Shown piece by piece: positions 8,841 through 16,421 of a stretch of 29,838 bases of DNA. The stretch comes from a virus. Lineage: Duplodnaviria; Caudoviricetes. Every line of letters starts with the position of its first letter. The first letter of the stretch is position 1. Position numbers and translations under genes: made by a program. The notes beneath the pieces are model-generated. The model had not been told where the DNA came from, did not search any database, and worked only from the letters and a program-made list of their open reading frames with translations. The DNA lies in IMG/VR virus record IMGVR_UViG_3300043422_000050, positions 1 to 29,838 of that record; one strand, given 5' to 3'.

Positions 8841-9296
8841 ATGGCAGTTTCTACTACCCAAAGCATCTGGCGTTCCGGCGGCGGCGATCAAACTCGCACC
8901 GCCTACTGTGGTTCCGGCGTCATGGCCGCCCAGTTTTACATCGCCGACGCCTCTGTTGCCTCCGCAACCAACGTCAAAGTGTCTTCCGCCTCCGGCGCTC
9001 CAGCTCTGGTTCTGCCAGCTGGCGCAGTTGTGTTGTCCGTGGCCATCAACGACGCAGGCTCCGGCTCTGTGGACATCGGCACTCGCGGCTACACCAGTGG
9101 CACCGTGACTGGCGCAGCTATCGCCAACAACCTGTCTGTTGCCTCCGCTGGCGTCGTGACATCTGGCCTGACCCTGACTGCTTCCACAGAGATGAGCTAC
9201 GTCACCGTGACCATTGACACCTCCGGTGCGGGCACTGTTGGTGGCTACATCACCTACTTCGTGGCAGATCCTCTGGTTGGCCAGCAAAGCGCCTAA
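8841..9296 (+). CDS. putative virion structural protein (beta-rich)
   Basis: SD AAGGA; A/S/G/T/V-rich; LPAGAVVLSV segment; directly after the capsid gene. Confidence 0.65.
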   Translation: MAVSTTQSIWRSGGGDQTRTAYCGSGVMAAQFYIADASVASATNVKVSSASGAPALVLPAGAVVLSVAINDAGSGSVDIGTRGYTSGTVTGAAIANNLSVASAGVVTSGLTLTASTEMSYVTVTIDTSGAGTVGGYITYFVADPLVGQQSA

Positions 9297-9303
9297 TTGA
9301 TCT

Positions 9304-9325
9304 CGGGGGCTTCGGCCCCCGCTTT
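9304..9325 (+). terminator. UUCG hairpin; weak terminator or mRNA-stabilising stem
   Basis: CGGGGGC-TTCG-GCCCCCG followed only by CTTT. Confidence 0.5.
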
Positions 9326-9339
9326 ACAGGAGATTAATT

Positions 9340-9618
9340 ATGATGCAAACAGACGTCAAAGCCGCATCAGCAGCCGCTGGCGCGACCACGACCATCTTTG
9401 CGGGCCCTACGCGCATCAAAGGCTTGAGCATCAGCTACGCCTCTGGTGGTACTGTCGTTTTGAACGACGGCACGGGCGGCACCGCACGATTTTCGTTTAC
9501 AGCCCCGGCCGCAGCTGGTTCGATCTACATCAAGATTCCCGGCGAGGGGATCAAATGTGACACGAACATCTCAGCTGTATGCGCCGCGGCAACTACCGCT
9601 GTGGTGTTCTATGGCTAA
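9340..9618 (+). CDS. small beta-rich putative structural protein
   Basis: SD CAGGAG; YIKIPGEGIKC motif; C-terminal VVFYG. Confidence 0.7.
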   Translation: MMQTDVKAASAAAGATTTIFAGPTRIKGLSISYASGGTVVLNDGTGGTARFSFTAPAAAGSIYIKIPGEGIKCDTNISAVCAAATTAVVFYG

Positions 9619-9883
9619 AGCCGCGGCCCCAAAGAAAAAAGGTCCATCCCTTGCGGTTGGCCGCGGCGAAAAGCTGCCGGTCTCTAAAGGGGCGGGTCTG
9701 ACCGCTAAAGGGCGGGCCAAATACAACCGGGAAACCGGCAGTAACCTCAAAGCGCCTCAACCGCAGGGTGGCGCCCGTAAAGACTCGTTCTGCGCAAGGA
9801 TGTCCGGCATGCCCGGGCCCATGAAGGATGAGAAGGGCAACCCGACCCGCAAAGCGGCGTCACTTGCAAGATGGAAATGCTGA
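9611..9883 (+). CDS. small basic protein
   Basis: ATG 9611 overlaps the previous stop; GLTAKGRAKYN...RKDSFCARM...SLARWKC, very K/R-rich. Confidence 0.75.
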   Translation: MAKAAAPKKKGPSLAVGRGEKLPVSKGAGLTAKGRAKYNRETGSNLKAPQPQGGARKDSFCARMSGMPGPMKDEKGNPTRKAASLARWKC

Positions 9884-9884
9884 G

Positions 9885-10082
9885 ATGAAACATGACCTTT
9901 CCGAATCGGCCAAGCACGCTGTGGACGCCCTCTCGGTCGTTACGGTGTTAGGCACTCTCATTGAAATGCTACCTTCAATCGCAGCAGTATTCACGATTGT
10001 GTGGACTGGCATCCGCATTTGGGAAACCGACACCGTCCGTAGCTGGACCGGGCGTGGGGGCAACAATGCCGAGCGCCTCTAA
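9885..10082 (+). CDS. small membrane protein, holin-like
   Basis: 65 aa with long hydrophobic stretch ALSVVTVLGTLIEMLPSIAAVFTIVWTGI and a charged C-terminal tail. Confidence 0.55.
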   Translation: MKHDLSESAKHAVDALSVVTVLGTLIEMLPSIAAVFTIVWTGIRIWETDTVRSWTGRGGNNAERL

Positions 10083-10404
10083 AAAACAGCACAACTTCAT
10101 GAATGCCGTGGCACACAGTCCGGCGTTTGCGAAGAAGGTGGGCGTCCCACAGTCCGTGGGCAAAGACTTTTCTGCGGCTGACAAAGGCCGCAAATTCTCA
10201 AAAGGTGGCGATATGAAACACGAAGACGTGAAAATGGACAAAGCCATGATGCAAAAGGCCGTGAACAAACACGAGAGCCGCATGCACAAAGGCCAGCCAA
10301 TGACCAAACTGGCCAAGGGCGGTGTTACTCGCGCCGATGGCTGCGTGACCAAAGGTCACACAAAAGGCAAAACTGTCGCCATGTGTGGCGGCGGAAAAAT
10401 GTGA
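10066..10404 (+). CDS. small basic K/M-rich protein with three xxxGG motifs
   Basis: MPSASKKQHNFM...; FSKGG, LAKGG, MCGGG; start at 10066 inferred. Confidence 0.7.
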   Translation: MPSASKKQHNFMNAVAHSPAFAKKVGVPQSVGKDFSAADKGRKFSKGGDMKHEDVKMDKAMMQKAVNKHESRMHKGQPMTKLAKGGVTRADGCVTKGHTKGKTVAMCGGGKM

Positions 10405-10412
10405 GGTAAACC

Positions 10413-10703
10413 ATGAGCCCAGCTGAAAAACAAGCCCGCGAGATGATGGCCGATAAAAAGGCCGCAGCCGCAGCCGAGAAGGCGTACAACGACGCCAGCT
10501 CCACACCTCCTGCCCCTGCCAAGGCCGCGCCAAAAGCAGCCCCACGCCGTCCAGCAATGGTCGAAGAAGCCATTCAAGAGATGCAAGATGCCAAAGATCG
10601 CAAGAAGATCTCTGACATGGGCTACAAAAAAGGCGGCTCGACATTCCGTTCGGCAGCCAACGGAATCGCCCAGCGCGGCAAAACACGCGGTAAATTTGTA
10701 TGA
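10413..10703 (+). CDS. small basic protein
   Basis: SD GAGGT; YKKGGS and ANGIAQRGKTRGK motifs. Confidence 0.75.
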   Translation: MSPAEKQAREMMADKKAAAAAEKAYNDASSTPPAPAKAAPKAAPRRPAMVEEAIQEMQDAKDRKKISDMGYKKGGSTFRSAANGIAQRGKTRGKFV

Positions 10704-10990
10704 GAGCCAGTCGCGGCATGGGCGCCATCGCCCCCAACAAGATGCCCGGTGCCAAGCGTAAAGCTCGCCGGGACAACACCGACTTCATGGAAGACGGTCA
10801 GATGCGCCCACGCCGCGACGATACAGACTTCACCGAGTACGCCGAGGGCGGAAAGGTGGGCTTGTACGACAACATCAATGCAAAGCGCAAGCGGATTGCT
10901 GCAGGTTCTGGTGAGAAAATGCGTAAACCGGGAGCGGCTGGCGCACCAACTGCCGCAGCTTTCCGTCAATCAGCCAAGACAGCGAAGTAA
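10700..10990 (+). CDS. small basic protein
   Basis: ATGA overlap; YAEGGKVGLYDNINAKRKRI; internal RRDxTDF duplication. Confidence 0.75.
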   Translation: MRASRGMGAIAPNKMPGAKRKARRDNTDFMEDGQMRPRRDDTDFTEYAEGGKVGLYDNINAKRKRIAAGSGEKMRKPGAAGAPTAAAFRQSAKTAK

Positions 10991-10993
10991 CCC

Positions 10994-11692
10994 ATGACCA
11001 CATCCGGCACCACCACATTCAATCCCGACCTCACTGAGGTCGTTGAGGAAGCGTTCGAGCGCTGCGGTGGCGAGCTTCGGACTGGTTATGACCTGCGCAC
11101 CGCCCGCCGTTCGCTGAACCTTATGTTCACGGACTGGGCCAACCGTGGCATCAACATGTGGACGATGGAGCAGGGGCAGCAGATCCTGACCCCGGGCACA
11201 GCTACGTACAACCTGCCGGCCGACACTGTTGACCTGCTGGACCACGTGATCCGCACAGGCGCGGGTAGCGTTTCGACTCAGGCAGACCTGACCATCACTC
11301 GGATCAGCGAGCCAACCTACGCCACCATCCCCAACAAGCTGACACAAGCGCGCCCCATCCAGATCTGGATCGAACGCCTGAACACGCCTCGGTTTACCGT
11401 CTGGCCTGTGCCGGACAACACGCAGACCTACACGCTGGTGTACTGGCGCCTGCGCCGCATCCAAGACGCGGGCAACGGCGTCAACACCATGGACATGCCC
11501 TTCCGGTTCTACAACGCCATGGTGGCGGGCTTGGCCTACTACATGGGCCTGAAGGTCCCCGGCGCCATCCAGCGTTTGGACGTGCTCAAGCAGCAGTACG
11601 ACGAGGCTTGGGAACTGGCGTCCACTGAGGACCGCGAGAAGGCGGCGGTTCGCTTCGTGCCGCGCCGTACGTTCATCGGGAGCGGCGTCTAA
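10994..11692 (+). CDS. putative head-tail adaptor / tail tubular protein
   Basis: ARRSLNLMFTDWAN helix, GTATYNLPAD, VWPVPD motif and C-terminal helices, as in adaptor-type proteins. Confidence 0.65.
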   Translation: MTTSGTTTFNPDLTEVVEEAFERCGGELRTGYDLRTARRSLNLMFTDWANRGINMWTMEQGQQILTPGTATYNLPADTVDLLDHVIRTGAGSVSTQADLTITRISEPTYATIPNKLTQARPIQIWIERLNTPRFTVWPVPDNTQTYTLVYWRLRRIQDAGNGVNTMDMPFRFYNAMVAGLAYYMGLKVPGAIQRLDVLKQQYDEAWELASTEDREKAAVRFVPRRTFIGSGV

Positions 11693-12075
11693 TGGCTAAC
11701 CGTTTCGCTGCTGGCCATAAAGCGATTGCCGAGTGCGATCGTTGCGGGCAGCAGTACCAGCTCAAAAAGCTCAAGACCGAGATCATCAAGCAGCGTCGCT
11801 ACGAGCTGCTGGTCTGCCCTGAGTGCTGGGACCCCGACCACCCTCAGCTGATGCTGGGCACGTTTCCTGTGGACGATCCGCAGGCTTTGCGCAACCCTCG
11901 CCGGGATACGACGTACGTCACCTCTGGCTTGAACGTGAACGGCAATCAGTCTGGCGGCAGCCGAGACATACAATGGGGCTGGGCACCGGTTGGTGGCGCC
12001 AGCGATTTTGACGCTGCGTTGACGCCGAATTACTTGGTGGCAACCACGTTTGTTGGTACAGTATCAATATCTTGA
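11692..12075 (+). CDS. zinc-ribbon protein
   Basis: CDRC...CPEC motif; TAATG overlap with the upstream gene. Confidence 0.75.
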   Translation: MANRFAAGHKAIAECDRCGQQYQLKKLKTEIIKQRRYELLVCPECWDPDHPQLMLGTFPVDDPQALRNPRRDTTYVTSGLNVNGNQSGGSRDIQWGWAPVGGASDFDAALTPNYLVATTFVGTVSIS

Positions 12076-12086
12076 AGGAGTCCATC

Positions 12087-12275
12087 ATGGCTTTCACAAA
12101 ATCCGCCGACGGCATCGCCAAACAAGGCAAGACCAAAGGCAAAAACCTCGGCGACAGCGGCCCCACAGCGGGCATGATGTCTGGTGGCAAGGGCAAGGGC
12201 GGCGGTAAAACCAACGCCAACATGAAGACCATGGGCCGCAATCTGGCCAAGGTCGCTGCACAAAAGCGAGGCTAA
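12087..12275 (+). CDS. small basic protein
   Basis: SD AAGGAG before ATG 12087; SADGIAKQGKTKGK. Confidence 0.75.
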   Translation: MAFTKSADGIAKQGKTKGKNLGDSGPTAGMMSGGKGKGGGKTNANMKTMGRNLAKVAAQKRG

Positions 12276-12277
12276 TC

Positions 12278-12544
12278 ATGGCTAAATTCAGCATGAAAAA
12301 AGGCGGCAAAGAAGTCGGCCCTGCCAGCGTGTACGCAAAGCCACACACCATGAGCGGCAAAGCTGTGAAGGCTGAGCAGAACCCCGGCAAGGGCCCAAAC
12401 CGAAGCGACAGCAACACAGTTGACGCGTCCGTTGGCAACATCGACAAGTCCAAAGGCGAGTACGCAACAAAGACCAGCGGCATCAAAATCCGCGGTACTG
12501 GCGCCGCCACAAAAGGCGTGATGGCTCGCGGCCCAATGGCTTGA
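12278..12544 (+). CDS. small basic protein
   Basis: SD GAGG; MKKGGKEV; C-terminal IRGTGAATKGVMARGPMA. Confidence 0.75.
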   Translation: MAKFSMKKGGKEVGPASVYAKPHTMSGKAVKAEQNPGKGPNRSDSNTVDASVGNIDKSKGEYATKTSGIKIRGTGAATKGVMARGPMA

Positions 12545-12552
12545 GGTAAGGC

Positions 12553-13203
12553 ATGAACTACACCGAGTTGAAGGCGAACATTGCAGACATCTGTGAAAAC
12601 ACTTTCACGGATGACGAATACGCCCTGTTCACAAAGCAGGCGGAGCAGCGCATCTACAACACGGTGCAGTTGGCCAACCTGCGCAAAAACATGACGGGCA
12701 ACTTGACCTCTGGGAATAAGTACCTGTCAGCGCCCGCCGATTTCTTGTCGGTGTACTCGCTTGCTGTTGTTGATGCATCCGGTGACTACCACTTCCTTCT
12801 CAACAAGGACGTGAACTTCATCCGCGAGGCATACCCAAGCGCCAGCGCAACTGGCCTGCCAAAGCACTACGCCATTTTTGGGCCTCGCTCGGATGACGTG
12901 AATGAGTTGTCGTTCATCATGGGGCCAACTCCCAGCTCCGCTTACGAGGTTGAGCTGCACTTCTACTACTACCCAGAGTCAATCGTCACTGCAGGCACGA
13001 CATGGCTCGGCGACAACTTTGACTCTGCGTTGCTGAACGGCGCGTTGGTTGAGGCCATTCGCTACATGAAGGGCGAGCCTGACTTGGTCAAGTTCTACCA
13101 AGACATGTACGGTCAGTGCATTGCGCTTCTCAAGAACTTGGGTGACGGTAAGCAACGCATGGATGCGTACCGTGATGGTCAAGTTCGCACACAGGTGGCC
13201 TGA
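12553..13203 (+). CDS. putative second head-tail adaptor / tail tubular protein
   Basis: MNYTELKANI N-terminal helix, AEQRIY, GLPKHYA, GPTP and ALLNGALVEA; SD GAGGT. Confidence 0.65.
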   Translation: MNYTELKANIADICENTFTDDEYALFTKQAEQRIYNTVQLANLRKNMTGNLTSGNKYLSAPADFLSVYSLAVVDASGDYHFLLNKDVNFIREAYPSASATGLPKHYAIFGPRSDDVNELSFIMGPTPSSAYEVELHFYYYPESIVTAGTTWLGDNFDSALLNGALVEAIRYMKGEPDLVKFYQDMYGQCIALLKNLGDGKQRMDAYRDGQVRTQVA

Positions 13204-13616
13204 TGTCAATTTCCCAAACTCTCTGCTCCAGCTTTAAACAGCAGCTGTTGAACGGCGTGCACAACTTCAGCACTGACACGTTCTACATGGCGCTGTACAC
13301 GGCCGAAGCCAACCTTGGCGCAGACACGACTGAGTACACGACCGATGGAGAGGCGACCGGCACGGGTTATACGGCTGGCGGCATCGAAGTCACCGTTAAT
13401 CCAACCCCGACATTGTCTGGGACAACGGCTTACATTTCGTTCGACACCGCCGTGTACAACGCTTCGTTGACCGCTCGTGCAGCCCTAATCTACAATGTGT
13501 CGCAAGGCGATGCGGCAGTGTTGGTTTTGGATTTTGGCTCGGACAAGACCTCAGCAAACTTCACCGTAACTTTCCCAACAGCAAACGCAACAAGCGCGAT
13601 CTTGCGCATTGCATAA
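13203..13616 (+). CDS. putative tail/fibre-associated structural protein
   Basis: TGATG overlap; FYMALYT and EATGTGYTAGG; T/A-rich beta composition. Confidence 0.65.
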   Translation: MSISQTLCSSFKQQLLNGVHNFSTDTFYMALYTAEANLGADTTEYTTDGEATGTGYTAGGIEVTVNPTPTLSGTTAYISFDTAVYNASLTARAALIYNVSQGDAAVLVLDFGSDKTSANFTVTFPTANATSAILRIA

Positions 13617-13625
13617 GGAGCCACC

Positions 13626-14174
13626 ATGTATTCCGAAAAAATCAACCCCGTCGACACTTCTTCCGTGTCCGCCGCCGCCAACGCAGGCCAGTCTGAGCAG
13701 ATCTCCGTCACCGGCGCTTATACCGTCGAGTGCTTTGATGCTGACGGCAACCTGAAATGGTCCGACCAGATCAAGAACTTGGTTGTGACTGTTGGCAAGA
13801 ACGACTTGCTGGACAAGTACTTCGCTGGTTCTGCCTACACTGCCACTTGGTACTTGGGTCTGATCAACTCGGGCGGCACATATGCGGCCGGTGACACCAT
13901 GGCTTCTCACGCCACTTGGACTGAGAACGTTGGCTACTCCGCAGCCACTCGTCCTGCTCCTGTTTGGAGTGCGGCCTCTGCTGGCTCCAAAGCCACGACC
14001 GCAACTGCTTTCGCCATCAACGCAACCAGCACCATTGGCGGCGCATTCTTGACCAGCAACAACACCAAGTCGGGCACTACCGGTATCCTGTACTCGGCTG
14101 GCAACTTCACTGGCGGCAACCGTTCTGTGGCCTCTGGCGACACGCTGAACGTCACTTACACCGCTTCCGTCTAA
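13626..14174 (+). CDS. putative tail/fibre-associated structural protein
   Basis: SD TAAGGAG; KNLVVTVGKN; C-terminal VASGDTLNVTYT; strongly biased codons. Confidence 0.7.
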   Translation: MYSEKINPVDTSSVSAAANAGQSEQISVTGAYTVECFDADGNLKWSDQIKNLVVTVGKNDLLDKYFAGSAYTATWYLGLINSGGTYAAGDTMASHATWTENVGYSAATRPAPVWSAASAGSKATTATAFAINATSTIGGAFLTSNNTKSGTTGILYSAGNFTGGNRSVASGDTLNVTYTASV

Positions 14175-14184
14175 GGAGAACACC

Positions 14185-14364
14185 ATGGCTGCAAATTTCA
14201 AACCCGGCGCACAAGTCAAGCTCAACATCGCTCAACCACAGGGCGAAGTGCAGCAGCTGTCCGTCAGCCAAGAAGGCGACATCCAGTATCTGGTTGAGTT
14301 CACCGATTCTGAAGGCGTTGTGCAGCAGCGCTGGTTCACTGAAGCCGAGCTCGCCGGAGTCTAA
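14185..14364 (+). CDS. 59-aa hypothetical protein (MAANFKPGAQVKL...QRWFTEAELAGV), not in the ORF track
   Basis: SD TAAGGAG; fills the gap between 14174 and 14368; small SH3-like beta pattern. Confidence 0.8.
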   Translation: MAANFKPGAQVKLNIAQPQGEVQQLSVSQEGDIQYLVEFTDSEGVVQQRWFTEAELAGV

Positions 14365-14367
14365 TAC

Positions 14368-15975
14368 ATGGCCTTTGTCCTTGCCGATCGCGTCAAACAA
14401 ACCTCTGCCTCAACCGGTACAGGCGCGTTCACGCTTTCGGCAACGGTATTTGGCTTTCGCGCATTCTCCTCTGTCCTAGCAACATCGGACACGACGTACT
14501 ACACAATCGCCCACCAGTCCCTTGACGAGTGGGAAGTGGGGTATGGCACCTACTCCTCAGCGAACACGCTGACCCGGACGAAAGTTATTTCCTCCACCAA
14601 CGCTGGTGCTGCGGTCAATTTCTCCGCAGGCAACAAGGACGTGTTCATCACGCTCCCAGCAGTGGGTGCCTTTGGCAACAACATTGTGTTGGGGTCCAAC
14701 CTCACCTACAACCAAAGCTCGAGCCAGAGCTCTGTGATCCTTGGAACAGGCATCACAAACGGCGGCACTGGCACCAGCGTGGTTATTGGGGCTGGCGCAT
14801 CCAATGCGGCTTCTGGCACCGTGATCGTCGGAAATGGCGCAAGTTCAGCCGCCACCTCTGGCAACGCCGTGATTATTGGCGCCAGCGCTAACGCAAACAG
14901 TTTGGGCACTTCAAGTGTTGCTGTTGGCGGAAGTGCGTTTGTTGCGGGTAACGGCGCAGTCGCTCTGGGCAATGGCACTACTGCTGGGCCAGATTCTTTG
15001 GCTGTTGGCGGGAGCGCCAGCACGGGCTCATTTAGTTCGGGTGCCATTGCGATTGGTAACGGCGCTCAGGCAAATTATGATTTCAGCACCATCATTGGGT
15101 ACGCCACACTCGGCAGCTCGACGGGGTACGAAATTCGTCTTGGCGCAAGCCAAACAGCTGGCACCGGATCGCAAAACATTTTAATTGGCAACTCAATAAA
15201 CACGGCGACATGGAGCAAAAGTAATACGATTGCCATTGGTAACGGCATCACCGTGCTTGAGTCCAACGCCACGTACATGAACAAGTTCCGCACAGGCATA
15301 ACACCCGTCGGTACTTCGCGGTTTTTGAAGTGGGATGACAGCACGAACGAGGTGTACGCGGACTCTGGCGTCGCTGGGGCAAACTGGTACACCTACCAAG
15401 ACAACGGGTCTTCTTCCAGCAGCCTGAATTTGGCAGCTCCGTCGGGTATTGCAACTTCCAGCAACCCCGGATCGGAAGGGTACGTGGTTTTGCAGAGTTC
15501 GATTTTTATTTCCGGCTGGTCCTTTGGCAGCAGTTTTGGCCCGTTCTATGCGTCGACTCCAAACAGCTATCCCGTTTCTACGCCCCTCACTGGCGCGATG
15601 TACTCGGGCATGGCTACTTGCTACTACGCAGGCTATACCACCGACGCGGGCACATCAAGCACCTACCAAGCGTACACCGGAACGTCAGCGTATTCGACGT
15701 CGGGCACTTCGTTTTCGGTTGCCAGCTTTTCCCTTTTCGGGACTACGCAGTACGGGCACGCGGTTCTCACTGCATCTGGCAGTTATATCGGCGGGTTCAC
15801 CCCGAGCTCTGGCGTTACTTTGGTCGAAGAAAAGTACGACTCGTGGAACAACTACACGTACTTCTTTGTGGACATTGACGCTACCGCGCTGAGCGGAATT
15901 TCTACCGGTGGTTCGATTGGCTCGCTGAGCAGCTCAAGCGGAACAATCTACATTGCCATTTGGTACAACTACTGA
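14368..15975 (+). CDS. tail fibre / receptor-binding protein with YadA-head-like repeats
   Basis: N-terminal anchor (LADRVKQTS...EWEVGYGTY...FSAGNKDVFITLPA), then repeated SVVIG, AVIIG, SVAVG, AVALG, AIAIG units at about 14-aa spacing, then an S/G/Y-rich C-terminal domain. Confidence 0.75.
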   Translation: MAFVLADRVKQTSASTGTGAFTLSATVFGFRAFSSVLATSDTTYYTIAHQSLDEWEVGYGTYSSANTLTRTKVISSTNAGAAVNFSAGNKDVFITLPAVGAFGNNIVLGSNLTYNQSSSQSSVILGTGITNGGTGTSVVIGAGASNAASGTVIVGNGASSAATSGNAVIIGASANANSLGTSSVAVGGSAFVAGNGAVALGNGTTAGPDSLAVGGSASTGSFSSGAIAIGNGAQANYDFSTIIGYATLGSSTGYEIRLGASQTAGTGSQNILIGNSINTATWSKSNTIAIGNGITVLESNATYMNKFRTGITPVGTSRFLKWDDSTNEVYADSGVAGANWYTYQDNGSSSSSLNLAAPSGIATSSNPGSEGYVVLQSSIFISGWSFGSSFGPFYASTPNSYPVSTPLTGAMYSGMATCYYAGYTTDAGTSSTYQAYTGTSAYSTSGTSFSVASFSLFGTTQYGHAVLTASGSYIGGFTPSSGVTLVEEKYDSWNNYTYFFVDIDATALSGISTGGSIGSLSSSSGTIYIAIWYNY

Positions 15976-15980
15976 TCGCC

Positions 15981-16409
15981 ATGAAATACTTTGTCAAAAT
16001 CATTGATGGCGTACCTTCGGGCGATGTGACTCACGAGGGGTCTTCGCTGATCACCGCTGGTGAGACGTGGGCAGAGGTTGCTGTCCCTGCGTATCCGCAA
16101 GATGGGTACAAGCACACGCTCAGCGCAGCTACGATTGCGGATGGCGTGTATCGCGCCTCGTGGCAAGCCCAGCCTGACGACACCCATGAAGCTCGCACAT
16201 ACGCCCGCGCATGGCAGGTTCGTCAACGGCGTGATGCGCTCATCAACGATGTGGAATGGCGGTATTCGCGCTACGAGCGCAACGCCCGTACAGGCGCCCC
16301 ACAACAGGACAACTTGGCTTCTCTTGACGCATACGTTCAAGCATTGGCAGATGTAACCACGCAAGCAGGATTTCCTTGGGACATCCAATGGCCTAAATAC
16401 GTGCCGTAA
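15981..16409 (+). CDS. tail fibre assembly chaperone-like protein
   Basis: C-terminal VRQRRDALI...W...YVQALADVTTQAGFPWDIQWP signature; directly follows the fibre gene. Confidence 0.75.
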   Translation: MKYFVKIIDGVPSGDVTHEGSSLITAGETWAEVAVPAYPQDGYKHTLSAATIADGVYRASWQAQPDDTHEARTYARAWQVRQRRDALINDVEWRYSRYERNARTGAPQQDNLASLDAYVQALADVTTQAGFPWDIQWPKYVP

Positions 16410-16421
16410 CCGGAGGCTTGA

